NCBI GenBank assembly: GCA_017620155.1
Contig: JAFZQY010000067.1
Coordinates: forward strand, 14,380 to 78,379
DNA length: 64,000 nucleotides
Source of the DNA: Lachnospiraceae bacterium
Lineage (GTDB): Bacteria; Bacillota; Clostridia; Lachnospirales; Lachnospiraceae
Reading direction: 5' to 3'
In this document: positions 49,122 through 59,136 of the stretch, piece by piece
How positions within the stretch are numbered: position 1 is the first letter of the stretch
Layout: the number at the start of each line of letters is the position of its first letter
Translations under genes and position numbers: made by a program
The notes under the pieces: generated by a model
Told to the model about the DNA's origin: nothing
Database searches by the model: none
What the model saw: the letters and a program-made list of their open reading frames with translations, nothing else

Positions 49122-49124
49122 GTT

Positions 49125-50690
49125 TTATGCCTTATGGCCGCCGACCTGGGCGTTACGCTCCATGGCCGTGGCGCCTTCTTCGAGGTTCATGCCCTTAAGT
49201 ATCGCGTTCTTGCCGTATTTGTTTTTTATGGCCAGGACGGCTTCCTGGATACGCTTTTCTTTCTCGCGGGCCACCCTTTCTTCTTCTTTTTCCTTCTCTT
49301 TTTCTTCAGCCCGGGATCTGTCGCCGAAATCGGCAAAAAGATCCATCTGATGAAAGCTTTCCTCTTCTTCGAGTTTCCGCTCCGCGTCCTTGTCGGTAAG
49401 CACTCTGCATGCGGCTATCGAGAGGCGCCTTGACAGCAGATCCGGATCCATGATCCGGTCATACAGTTCCAGCACGGCTTTCGTGATGGTCCTGGTTGAT
49501 GAAGTGTACTCTCCGAGATTGATCGTGCCGTGGGCATGCTTAGGGATTTCCCTGCCGTACCAGTCCGTTACGACCTCTCCCTTATAATCTTTCTTAAGTT
49601 TCTCATCAAGGATATTCTTGACATCATAACCTATCGTGAGAACGATCTGGTCCGTCACAACATGCTTTTTCACCAGATCCAGGACCAGGATATCCGCCAT
49701 CTCCTTGACGATGAGCCTGGTTTTCTCATAATCGTAAGGCTCCTTGAGCACCTGCCCCGTGCTGATCGAGTTATTCTCGGGTTTGTATGACTTGATGTCA
49801 TCGATCTTCACATTTTCCCAGCCCCAGGCATGGTCTATCAGGAGTTCTGCATTGATCCCGAACATCTTGTACAGGAGTTCTTCATTATAATAGTCCTGCT
49901 CCGTGCCAAGCGAACAGCGGGCCACATCGCCCATCGTGTAGAGGCCCTGGGATTCCAGCTTGCGGGAAATGCCTCTGCCTACCCTCCAGAAATCGGTGAG
50001 GGGGCGGTGAGACCAAAGCTGCCGTCTGTATTCATGCTCGTCAAGTTCGGCTATGCGGGCTCCCCTCTCATCGGGTTCCATATGTTTGGCTACTATGTCC
50101 ATCGCGATCTTGGCCAGGTACATGTTCGTACCGATACCCGCCGTAGCAGTGATCCCGGTCTCGGAATATACCTCCGCGATCATCTTCATGGTAAGTTCCC
50201 TGGCCGTCATATGGTATGTGTCCAGATAATGCGTGACATCCGCAAATATCTCATCCACCGAATAAACATGTATGTCCTCGGGCGCCACATATCTCATATA
50301 TATACCGAAGATTTCGGTGGAATACTCCATGTACTTCTTCATCTGCGGCGGTGCGACTATATAATCCAGCTCAAGCGCAGGATCTTCCCCCAGTTCTCCG
50401 GCATCGCAGCTTTTTCCGCTAAAAACCCCGCCCCGTGCATGAAGCTTCCTGATCGCATTGATCTCACGGACCTTCTCAACCACTTCAAAAAGGCGCGCCC
50501 GTCCGGGGATGCCATAAGCCTTGAGTGAAGGAGTGACGGCCAGACAGATGGTCTTCTCCGTGCGGGTCGGATCGGCCACCACGAGATTGGTCCGAAGCGC
50601 ATCGAGGCCCCTTTGCCGGCATTCGACCGAGGCATAGAAGCTCTTTAAGTCTATGGCTATGAATTTATGGTCGGATCTATCATATGACAT
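49125..50690 (-). CDS. Y-family DNA polymerase (UvrX/YqjW-like, ImpB/MucB/SamB family)
   Basis: IDLKSFYASVE, YSVDE, LAKIAMD, clamp motif QMDLF, C-terminal AIKNKYGKNAI and GGH; start at ATG 50690. Confidence 0.92.
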   Translation of the reverse strand: MSYDRSDHKFIAIDLKSFYASVECRQRGLDALRTNLVVADPTRTEKTICLAVTPSLKAYGIPGRARLFEVVEKVREINAIRKLHARGGVFSGKSCDAGELGEDPALELDYIVAPPQMKKYMEYSTEIFGIYMRYVAPEDIHVYSVDEIFADVTHYLDTYHMTARELTMKMIAEVYSETGITATAGIGTNMYLAKIAMDIVAKHMEPDERGARIAELDEHEYRRQLWSHRPLTDFWRVGRGISRKLESQGLYTMGDVARCSLGTEQDYYNEELLYKMFGINAELLIDHAWGWENVKIDDIKSYKPENNSISTGQVLKEPYDYEKTRLIVKEMADILVLDLVKKHVVTDQIVLTIGYDVKNILDEKLKKDYKGEVVTDWYGREIPKHAHGTINLGEYTSSTRTITKAVLELYDRIMDPDLLSRRLSIAACRVLTDKDAERKLEEEESFHQMDLFADFGDRSRAEEKEKEKEEERVAREKEKRIQEAVLAIKNKYGKNAILKGMNLEEGATAMERNAQVGGHKA

Positions 50691-50696
50691 ATATAG

Positions 50697-50726
50697 ATTG
50701 TATATCGGAACATATGTTCCCGTCAA
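50697..50726 (-). promoter_or_regulatory. Sigma-A promoter with a LexA (Cheo) box in the spacer
   Basis: TTGACG-N18-TACAAT; perfect palindrome GGAAC-ATAT-GTTCC at 50707-50720. Confidence 0.88.
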
Positions 50727-51670
50727 TGTCCGGCAGGCGAAAGAAGAAAGAATGCGGCGAGCGATACTACGGTTGACATAACTATGGTCGTCAGAACTCT
50801 GACCATGAGGAATGCGGCTCTCTTTCCGTGTGAAAAAGCTCTGTAAAAGCTTCTGTCCGTATGGACCGTGTCATACAGGCAGAGCATGGCTGTAAGGACG
50901 ACCATCCCGCAAAATACTGTCCTGAGGACCCGCAAGGAGCGCTCTGCGCGAAGCATGTCATCTGAACCGCTCTGCCCTGAGTCTGTCACATCGATGGCCG
51001 ATCCGGCTTCGTCACCGCGACCTGAGCCCCTGTCGTCCAAGGTCCTGATATCGGCGATCTCATATATACCCGCATCTATGGAATGAGTATATTCCTCATA
51101 TTGGCTGACCGCATACCGCGCACTGTCTCCGGCTTCGCCGCTTAGGATGCTGCCAAGATCCGTTGCAGCCGCGCCGCTTACATACTCCGTCAGTTCATCT
51201 GCGGCTCTCATGCGTGCGATCACCGGATATACCATCTCTCTGATCACATAACCGTCCGCACTTCCGGATGCCTGATATATGGTGACATACAGATCTTCGG
51301 TACCGCTGCCGGTGCCGGTAAGCCATCCATCATCTGCCCCGCGGTTTTCATCCGTCAGGCCTTCAAACACTACGCCGCATGATGCCTCGGAGATGCTCAC
51401 GCAGCGCTTCAGGTCTTCCTCATCATATATGCGCTCATAAACAAACCCCTCGGGCGTATCCGCCGACATGAGTTCAAAACACTCGTCAGCTGCTTCTGAA
51501 GCTTCATCACCGGTATACACTAAAACTACCGTATCTTCGTTGTACCGCCCCGCCACACTCCGCGACAGAAGAAAGACTATCGTCATGAGCGCAGTGATCA
51601 GCCAGAACGAAAGGCTTCTGATATTTACTTTGAAACGGGTTATCCCCCACCGGATCAGCATTTTAATCAT
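50723..51670 (-). CDS. ABC exporter membrane subunit, divergent or shortened
   Basis: N-terminal TM, large extracellular loop, only about two C-terminal TMs; overlaps the upstream permease; start at ATG 51670. Confidence 0.6.
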   Translation of the reverse strand: MIKMLIRWGITRFKVNIRSLSFWLITALMTIVFLLSRSVAGRYNEDTVVLVYTGDEASEAADECFELMSADTPEGFVYERIYDEEDLKRCVSISEASCGVVFEGLTDENRGADDGWLTGTGSGTEDLYVTIYQASGSADGYVIREMVYPVIARMRAADELTEYVSGAAATDLGSILSGEAGDSARYAVSQYEEYTHSIDAGIYEIADIRTLDDRGSGRGDEAGSAIDVTDSGQSGSDDMLRAERSLRVLRTVFCGMVVLTAMLCLYDTVHTDRSFYRAFSHGKRAAFLMVRVLTTIVMSTVVSLAAFFLLSPAGH

Positions 51671-52886
51671 GAATAAGCTGCCTCCGTCTGTAGAGGATAA
51701 GTGACAGTATGAAAATGATACCATCCGTTATTAATGTAACTGCCAGGCCGTTTATGTTCCTGAGACCTCTGATATGCCCGGTATCCCACATCCCGGACAG
51801 CAACATTCTGTGAAGCGTACCCGTCGGAATAAATCCGGCCATGCTGCTTATGCCATCCGGCAGATAGACCGCGGGAACGATCACACCCGAAGCTATGAGC
51901 AGGATAAGCATCAGCGTCACATAGACCACTCTGAAATGAGCGGAGTCGGCTCCTATAAGCCCGGCGATCAGATGTATCCACAGAGCCACCGACAGAGTCG
52001 CAGCCCACAGACATATGTGAAAACGAGCGGAAAACTGTATATCCGCGCCCACATTTATTAAAACGCGATTTAATATTGCCAAAAACAGTTCTCCCGTAAC
52101 TCCCATCGATATCCACATCGCGCATACTTTACTCATGCTGCCCCGGATAAATGATGCCATGCCTCTGTCCAGGGTCCTCTCCAGTCTCATCTGCTCCTTC
52201 GTATACATCCCGAAGAGCGTCACGCCTCCGAGCAGCAACATGCACAGGAATGCGCTCGTAAGATAAAACTTAATAAGGTCATACGAGCCGTATGCCGATA
52301 CGGTCTTCACATCCATGAAATCCGTTCTCTTCTCAAACCGTGCAAGAGTTCCGGAGAAGAATTCCCACTCCATCGCCGTCCTGCTCACCGGCAGGTCATA
52401 AGCCTCGATCGTGTCATACATGCTCAGTATCTGTGCATCGGTGATCTCCATGAGTCCGGACACGCTTCCGAGCATCCCCAGAAGTTTATACACGGCTTTG
52501 GAAGGAGTCCCATCCGTGTATATCTTCAGATGCGCTTCCTGCATTGTGGATGCTTTTTCATAGAAATCATCGGGTATATCGATGATAAGGCCGGCCTCTC
52601 CGGCATAAAGTTCATCCACGGCTTCATCCATGTCCATCTTTACCAGGGTGCACAGTGATTTTACCCCGGGAATATCATCGGCCATCTCGAATACATAATC
52701 CGAAAACCTTGAATCTCCGGAGACCACGGCAACGCGGATAAGCCCGCCCTCATCTTCCGATGAATGCATATAAAAATACGCGCATACAAGCAAGGCTCCA
52801 AAAAGGACTGCTACTGCCAGCAGTCCCGTAAGCAACCGTCTAAATGCCGATTTAAGTTGAAGGACAAACAGATTAAATCTTTTCAT
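51663..52886 (-). CDS. ABC-2 type exporter permease
   Basis: TM, extracellular domain (IRVAVV..IIDIPDDF), five further TMs with SGVIVP..LPDG..FIP. Confidence 0.8.
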   Translation of the reverse strand: MKRFNLFVLQLKSAFRRLLTGLLAVAVLFGALLVCAYFYMHSSEDEGGLIRVAVVSGDSRFSDYVFEMADDIPGVKSLCTLVKMDMDEAVDELYAGEAGLIIDIPDDFYEKASTMQEAHLKIYTDGTPSKAVYKLLGMLGSVSGLMEITDAQILSMYDTIEAYDLPVSRTAMEWEFFSGTLARFEKRTDFMDVKTVSAYGSYDLIKFYLTSAFLCMLLLGGVTLFGMYTKEQMRLERTLDRGMASFIRGSMSKVCAMWISMGVTGELFLAILNRVLINVGADIQFSARFHICLWAATLSVALWIHLIAGLIGADSAHFRVVYVTLMLILLIASGVIVPAVYLPDGISSMAGFIPTGTLHRMLLSGMWDTGHIRGLRNINGLAVTLITDGIIFILSLILYRRRQLIHD

Positions 52887-53487
52887 TAACTCCGCCGGTT
52901 ATTCTGTAACACGTGTTACACATATCCAGTTCATCAATATCATGGCTTACCAGAATGATCAGAGCACCGTTTTCGGCCATCCTCCGGATATCGGATCGTA
53001 TCAGCGTCTTATAGTGCATATCCAGGGCAGCTGTCGGCTCATCCAGTATCAGGATGTCAGGCTGAGATGCTGCTGCTACAGCAAGCGATACTCTCCGCCT
53101 CATTCCACCCGAAAGTTTGGATACGCGCTTGTTCACAAAGTCTGTCAGATCATAATCCGATATGGCGGCTTTACGCTTGGAGACAGACCCGCACCAGAGG
53201 CCCAGACACTCACTGACCTTGAATTCACCGGGCAAAGGGTCCGTCTGCGGAACATATCCTATCCTGTCAGACAGATTGCGGATCCGGTAGATGCTACGGC
53301 CGTCTATCGTCACCTCGCCCTTATCGGGACGCTCTACGCCCGCCAGGATTGAGAGAAGGGTGCTCTTTCCGCACCCGTTATCCCCGGAAAATCCGACGAT
53401 CTCACCGCCCGATGCGCTGAAGCTTATGCCGCGCAGTATCTTCTGCTTCCCATATGCTCTTTTTACATTGCTGCATTCAAAAATCAT
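52873..53487 (-). CDS. ABC transporter ATP-binding protein
   Basis: GDNGCGKST, LSGGMRRR, LILDEPT, VSH; start is 53487 or 53496. Confidence 0.92.
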   Translation of the reverse strand: MIFECSNVKRAYGKQKILRGISFSASGGEIVGFSGDNGCGKSTLLSILAGVERPDKGEVTIDGRSIYRIRNLSDRIGYVPQTDPLPGEFKVSECLGLWCGSVSKRKAAISDYDLTDFVNKRVSKLSGGMRRRVSLAVAAASQPDILILDEPTAALDMHYKTLIRSDIRRMAENGALIILVSHDIDELDMCNTCYRITGGVNEKI

Positions 53488-53560
53488 ATACTTCATTATA
53501 CCTCAAGCCGGTCGGTAGAGTATAATGGGAATATAATAAACTGTATCGAGGTACAAAACC

Positions 53561-55135
53561 ATGACCAAACTAAGTGATCTTCTGGGCAAACTTGATTACA
53601 CCTGCATCCAGGGTTCAACCGATATCGACATATCCGCTGTAGTCTATGACTCGCGCAAGGTAAGTTCCGGCTGCATGTTCATATGCATCGTGGGTGCCAA
53701 CTCCGACGGGCACGACTACATCCCTGATGTGATAGAAAAAGGAACTTCCTGTCTTATAGTATCCAAAGAATTGTCAGACATCCCTTCACTGAAGAAAGAT
53801 GACGACCCGGAAGCCGTATGTTCCATACCCGACACCGTCACCGTGATCAAGGTTGAAGACACCCGCTATGCGATGGCGTTTATCTCCGCAGTGTGGTTCG
53901 ACAATCCGGCGGATAAGCTGACAGTGATCGGCATAACCGGCACCAAAGGAAAAACCACCACCACATATCTGGTCAGATCGGTCCTCGAGCACTCAGGTCT
54001 TAAGTGCGGTCTGATCGGAACGATCGAGATCATAATCGGCGAAGAACACATACATGCGGATAATACGACCCCCGAGTCATATCTGATCCAGGAGTACTTC
54101 TCCCGGATGGCAGCGGCCGGCATAACACATGTCGTCATGGAAGTATCCTCCCAGGGCCTGATGCTTCACAGAACCCAGGGATTCATCTTCGACATAGGCA
54201 TATTCACGAACCTCGAACCCGATCACATCGGCCCGAACGAGCATAAAGACCTGGATGACTATATCCGGTGCAAGAGTCTGCTCTTTAAACAGTGCAGGCA
54301 CGGCATATTCAATGCTGACGCCGAGCATCTTAACCGGATTCTCGAGGGACATACCTGCGATGTGCTGACATACGGTGTTGCCGAAGAAGACAAGCCCGGC
54401 GTTTCAGCCCGGCCGACACCTGACAAACCCGGCGCTTTAGTCCGGCCGACACCCGACATCACCGCCAAAAACATCACCCTCATCAACCGTCCCGGCATCC
54501 TCGGCGTCGAGTTCGATGTCTGCGGCCTGGTGAACACACACATCACTCTTCCCACCCCGGGATATTTCAGCGTATACAACGCTCTGTGCGCGATCTCGAT
54601 CTGCCATGTGCTCAACATCCCGGATGATGTCATGCAGGAAGGTTTCACCAACGCCCGCGTAAAAGGCCGCGTAGAGCCTGTCCATGTATCCGATGATTAC
54701 ACTTTGCTCATAGACTACGCACACAATGCGATGGCACTTGAAAGTCTCCTGACCACCCTCAAGGCCTATGAGCCCGGGCGCCTCGTATGTCTTTTCGGCT
54801 GCGGAGGAAACAGATCGAAATTAAGACGTTTCGAGATGGGCGAAGTAAGCGGTAAACTCGCAGACCTTACCATCATTACATCAGATAACCCGAGAAACGA
54901 GGAACCGCAGGACATCATTAACGACATCAAGACAGGTATCTCCAAGACAGACGGAAAGTTCGTGGAGATCGCGGACCGCAAGGAAGCGATCCGTTACAGC
55001 ATAGAAAATGCCCTTCCCGGCGACATCATAGTCCTGGCCGGCAAAGGGCACGAAGATTATCAGGAGATACGGGGCGTCAAATACCCCATGGACGAACGCG
55101 ACCTGATCGCGGATATCATGAAAGAGCTCAAATAA
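53561..55135 (+). CDS. murE: UDP-MurNAc-tripeptide synthetase (meso-DAP type)
   Basis: YDSRKV, GITGTKGKTT, TTPES, MEVSSQG, DYAHN, DNPR, AGKGHE. Confidence 0.95.
   Translation: MTKLSDLLGKLDYTCIQGSTDIDISAVVYDSRKVSSGCMFICIVGANSDGHDYIPDVIEKGTSCLIVSKELSDIPSLKKDDDPEAVCSIPDTVTVIKVEDTRYAMAFISAVWFDNPADKLTVIGITGTKGKTTTTYLVRSVLEHSGLKCGLIGTIEIIIGEEHIHADNTTPESYLIQEYFSRMAAAGITHVVMEVSSQGLMLHRTQGFIFDIGIFTNLEPDHIGPNEHKDLDDYIRCKSLLFKQCRHGIFNADAEHLNRILEGHTCDVLTYGVAEEDKPGVSARPTPDKPGALVRPTPDITAKNITLINRPGILGVEFDVCGLVNTHITLPTPGYFSVYNALCAISICHVLNIPDDVMQEGFTNARVKGRVEPVHVSDDYTLLIDYAHNAMALESLLTTLKAYEPGRLVCLFGCGGNRSKLRRFEMGEVSGKLADLTIITSDNPRNEEPQDIINDIKTGISKTDGKFVEIADRKEAIRYSIENALPGDIIVLAGKGHEDYQEIRGVKYPMDERDLIADIMKELK
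54389..54454 (+). repeat. 33-bp in-frame tandem duplication inside murE
   Basis: Two units matching at 28/33 nt; encode DKPGVSARPTP / DKPGALVRPTP. Confidence 0.85.
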
Positions 55136-55170
55136 CGGGCGCCGTTACGGCCTCATGCGAAGTCACATCC

Positions 55171-57147
55171 CTAAATAATCATATCAAACATCCGGTTTCT
55201 GTACTTCCGGATGAAATCCAGGAACTCCGCGCCGGGTATCGGCTTGCAGAAGATGAATCCCTGCATCAGTTCGCATCCCTGAATCAGATCCGCTTCAAGA
55301 TCCGAGAACTTGCGGGCTACAGCTTCTTCCTCAACACCTTCGACCAGGACTTCTTTGTCCATTTCCTTGAACATGGAGATCGTATCCTGGATCACTATGC
55401 ACATCTGAGGATCATCGATCATATCCACGAAGCTCTTATCAAGCTTAACCTGATCTATCGGAAGTCCCGTGGTACGCTTGATATTGGAATATCCCGTACC
55501 GTAATCATCAAGGGCTATCTTCACGCCGTATTCATGCAGTTTTCTGATATTCACATCCACGATCTCGGGGTTCATGTCGGTGGCGGCCTCGGTCAGTTCG
55601 AAGCTCACGAACCTCGGATCCACTCCGTACTCAAACATCAGATTCTTGATCTTATCGACCAGATCGACCTCGATACACTGGCTTGCCGACAGATTCATCT
55701 CGATATACTTAAGCCCGAGCGCATTCATGTCTATTCCGGAGATAAACCGGATAACATCATTAAACACGAAATCTCCGATATCATGGATACAGCCGTTTAT
55801 CTCGGCTGCCGGTATGAAAAGCGCCGGAGGAACCTGACCGTAAATCGGGTCGTTAAGCCTTATCATGGCCTCTGCAGCCACGAATTTCTTTTCCCTGACC
55901 GAATAGATGGGCTGGTAATACATCTCGAAGTTATTGTCCCTCACAGCCCTGCGAAGGATATCGTCCAAGTCGTTACGGACCTTATATTCGTCATTGTCCT
56001 TGAAATCCCTGTAGAAATGCACATGCTGCGTATCAGGAAGCGTGCGGTGGAAGTTGGTCCCGAGAGAGAACAGGCTCGAAGGATCGCTCATGTCCTGAGG
56101 ACAGAACACAACGCAGACCCTGACATCCGCAAAAACGGTAAGTTTGCCGATATGATGCTCGGCTGTGAGTGATGCCATGATCTCCTCGGCCGCATCGGCA
56201 ACGATCTCCTCAACCGTTTCATCGGATACGATGGCATATAATCCGTTCTCCATATAGTAGACGGAGGATGTCAGCCCGTGCCCGGCACATATCGCATCTA
56301 TCCTCGAGGTAGTGGAATAAAGGAATTCATTATGCCCCTTCAGTCCCAGATACATATGCAGGTTATTGTTGTTCACGATCTTGACGAACATGACCGATAT
56401 GGGCTTGGCGGACTTGAAGTTCATCGTCACGCGCTCGATGCAAGCCGTATATTTCTGGGCTCCGGTGATGGGGTTGATCTGATTGCCCGCTCTTCGGAGC
56501 ATTACCATGAAGAAAAGGACTGCAAGCGCTATCGAGAAGCATTCTACCAGAAGCTCCGAAACGGTCAACTGTATCACAAGTCCCGTGGTCACCGATAAGA
56601 ACAGGAATATCAGCGTGGACAGCTTGTCTTTTACTATATAATGTCTGAACCTGATAAGCGTGATCAGTATCCAGATGATGAAGATAAGCGCTACCACATA
56701 AAAGACGGTAAGCCAGGGCCCCCTGACATAGGTGATATCATCAGTCAGTTCAAACACATCCAGAACGAAGCCGTTTAATGCCAAAACCACGATATCTGTA
56801 AGTACCAGGATCCACCATCCTATGTGCCTGATCTTCTCTTTTCTGTATATATGCCACAGGTCAAGGCTTGAATATATGTAGAGCATATATATGGGCAAAA
56901 GAAGATTGTGGCAGAAGAAATACAGATAGTTATATATGTATGCCTGAATAACGAACGGGCGTCCGCCATCGCAGAAATCGCATATGGTTCCGCCTCCGAG
57001 ATCTGCTATCACGGTTATAAGTATCAGAGTAAGCAGCGCAACAAGCAGCTTACCTGACCGGTTCCTGTACTCTTTTCTGCCTATGGCAGATATCCAGAAC
57101 AGGAGAATTATGAATAAAGCGCATTCATCAAATGTAAGTATCTGCAT
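55171..57147 (-). CDS. ~7-TM sensor, degenerate GGDEF and EAL phosphodiesterase
   Basis: TM bundle; GGDEF replaced by YYMENGLY; YYQPIY, AEAMIR, ELTE, DDYGTGYS, EGVE. Confidence 0.85.
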   Translation of the reverse strand: MQILTFDECALFIILLFWISAIGRKEYRNRSGKLLVALLTLILITVIADLGGGTICDFCDGGRPFVIQAYIYNYLYFFCHNLLLPIYMLYIYSSLDLWHIYRKEKIRHIGWWILVLTDIVVLALNGFVLDVFELTDDITYVRGPWLTVFYVVALIFIIWILITLIRFRHYIVKDKLSTLIFLFLSVTTGLVIQLTVSELLVECFSIALAVLFFMVMLRRAGNQINPITGAQKYTACIERVTMNFKSAKPISVMFVKIVNNNNLHMYLGLKGHNEFLYSTTSRIDAICAGHGLTSSVYYMENGLYAIVSDETVEEIVADAAEEIMASLTAEHHIGKLTVFADVRVCVVFCPQDMSDPSSLFSLGTNFHRTLPDTQHVHFYRDFKDNDEYKVRNDLDDILRRAVRDNNFEMYYQPIYSVREKKFVAAEAMIRLNDPIYGQVPPALFIPAAEINGCIHDIGDFVFNDVIRFISGIDMNALGLKYIEMNLSASQCIEVDLVDKIKNLMFEYGVDPRFVSFELTEAATDMNPEIVDVNIRKLHEYGVKIALDDYGTGYSNIKRTTGLPIDQVKLDKSFVDMIDDPQMCIVIQDTISMFKEMDKEVLVEGVEEEAVARKFSDLEADLIQGCELMQGFIFCKPIPGAEFLDFIRKYRNRMFDMII

Positions 57148-57150
57148 TCT

Positions 57151-59109
57151 TTATTCTCCGACAGCCTCTTCGTTATGCTCTTTTACAAAAGCGATAAAAT
57201 CTTTCTCGGGCAGGGGCTTGCAGAAATAGAACCCCTGAATATAATCACAGCCGATATTGATAAACTTATCAAGAGCGCGCCTGTCTTCCACACCCTCGAC
57301 AAGGATCAGTTTCTTCATGCGTTTGAGCATCCTGACCGTATTCCTGATGACAGCCCACATGGAGGGAATGTCCATATCGTCGACAAGCGACTTGTCAAGC
57401 TTGACGATGTCCAAGGGCAGCTGCACAACTCTCGTGATATTGGAGTATCCGGTACCGTAATCATCGAGAGCGAATCTGATGCCGTCCTCGGAGAGCTTGT
57501 TGATATTCCTGTCAGTGACTTCAGGATCATAGTCCGCCGCAGTCTCCGTGATCTCCAGATTGATCTGATCGGGCCGCACACCGTATTTATCCATGCATGC
57601 ACGGATCCTCTCATACAGATCCGACTCGATGCACTGCGCCGCCGAAAGGTTGATCTCTATATAGTCGATGCCCAGAGCGTTAAAATCCTGACTTCCCACG
57701 AACTTGCAGACCGCGTCCGTGACATACTCTCCGATATCGTGTATGGCTCCGCTGTCCTCCGCAGCCGGAATGAACAGAGCCGGTGATACGAATCCGTACT
57801 CTTCATCTATAAGCCTGATCAGGGCTTCGGCCGAGGTGAATCTTCCTTTTGCCACGTTATAGATGGGCTGATAGTACATCATGAACTTATGGTTCTCGAT
57901 GGCTCGGCTTATGATGGCATCCATGTCGTTACGCATGCGGAAATCATTATCCTTGGTCAGCTCGGAGATGACTATTACGCGCTCGGTGAGCGGAAGCTTG
58001 GTATTATATGTTCCTTCGAAGTTGAGCAGTCCGTCCTCGGTGTCTATATCCTCGGGGAATCTGACCATGCAGGCCGTGGTCTCGAGTTTCACCTCCATAT
58101 GATGGAGCGCTATGGGCTTGTTCATATACGAGTTGATCGCATGTCCTGCATTGAGCAGAGGATTAAAGTAATCCGCATCCGCGGCTATCACAAAGGATCC
58201 CTGTTCCAGATAATATGTGTCAAAAAGCGAGCTCACCGAAGCGGAGATCTGATTGATCCTGGCAGCGACAGTCTGGATCAGTTCGGTATAGTTGGTCATT
58301 CCCAGACTCCTTCTTAAGAGCCTGTAATTGTTGATGCGGATCATCAGATAACTAACGGGCGCATGCGCCACATAGTTGGTATGAACATTTCCGAGAAACG
58401 CCTTGTAGCTCTGCATTCCCATGACCTCATCCATCATGTCCTCGGGCCTGTGCACGGTGATGGCGATCTCAATGATTATGATCGTGGTCGTGATTATCTC
58501 TATACGAAGTTCGGGGATGAAGAACTGGATCAAAACAGCCACGCCGTTTAACGGAAGCATGCTCAAGAGCAGGAAATACCGCGGAATCGACACGATCCTG
58601 CGGTAGCGCGTGAGAACTATGATCTCGAAGAACATATAGTAAAAAGCGACGAAATACAGGATCATGAACCATGGGCCATGGCAGAATTCCATATTTTCGT
58701 CGAAATAGAACATCTTGTGATTGGCGACATTGATTATCAGAAGAATGATATCCAGATTATAGGGAACCAGCCAGAGATACAGAAGCGCACTGGTCTTCTT
58801 GGTCTTGTACCATATCCCTATGATGGACGCCATATACAGGAAGTACAGAGGCGACATGAGGTTATGGGACAGATAGTAAAAAAGGTTTAAGAGATATCTG
58901 ATCGGAGTCTGCCATTCATGATGCACGGCAGCTATCTGATCCATATATTCGGAAGCGATATCCAGTATACCGGCCAAAAGGAGCACAGCACACAGAAGCA
59001 GGAACAGTTTATTACTCCTGCCTTTGTACAATCCCCTGGCTACCAGGGCCAATATGAGCGTGGCCAGCGCTATGACCGCACATACATCATAGATCAGATA
59101 TGTATGCAT
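57151..59109 (-). CDS. ~7-TM sensor, degenerate GGDEF and EAL phosphodiesterase (paralog)
   Basis: Same layout; YYLEQGSF in place of GGDEF; AEALIR, EITE, DDYGTGYS, EGVE, QG. Confidence 0.87.
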   Translation of the reverse strand: MHTYLIYDVCAVIALATLILALVARGLYKGRSNKLFLLLCAVLLLAGILDIASEYMDQIAAVHHEWQTPIRYLLNLFYYLSHNLMSPLYFLYMASIIGIWYKTKKTSALLYLWLVPYNLDIILLIINVANHKMFYFDENMEFCHGPWFMILYFVAFYYMFFEIIVLTRYRRIVSIPRYFLLLSMLPLNGVAVLIQFFIPELRIEIITTTIIIIEIAITVHRPEDMMDEVMGMQSYKAFLGNVHTNYVAHAPVSYLMIRINNYRLLRRSLGMTNYTELIQTVAARINQISASVSSLFDTYYLEQGSFVIAADADYFNPLLNAGHAINSYMNKPIALHHMEVKLETTACMVRFPEDIDTEDGLLNFEGTYNTKLPLTERVIVISELTKDNDFRMRNDMDAIISRAIENHKFMMYYQPIYNVAKGRFTSAEALIRLIDEEYGFVSPALFIPAAEDSGAIHDIGEYVTDAVCKFVGSQDFNALGIDYIEINLSAAQCIESDLYERIRACMDKYGVRPDQINLEITETAADYDPEVTDRNINKLSEDGIRFALDDYGTGYSNITRVVQLPLDIVKLDKSLVDDMDIPSMWAVIRNTVRMLKRMKKLILVEGVEDRRALDKFINIGCDYIQGFYFCKPLPEKDFIAFVKEHNEEAVGE

Positions 59110-59136
59110 ACTGCTTGATTATCCGGTTATAAACCT

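Noticed and set aside
50723-53487. Bacteriocin/RiPP export locus
   Set aside because: No precursor peptide, modification enzyme or peptidase domain nearby; it appears to be a generic ABC-2 exporter.
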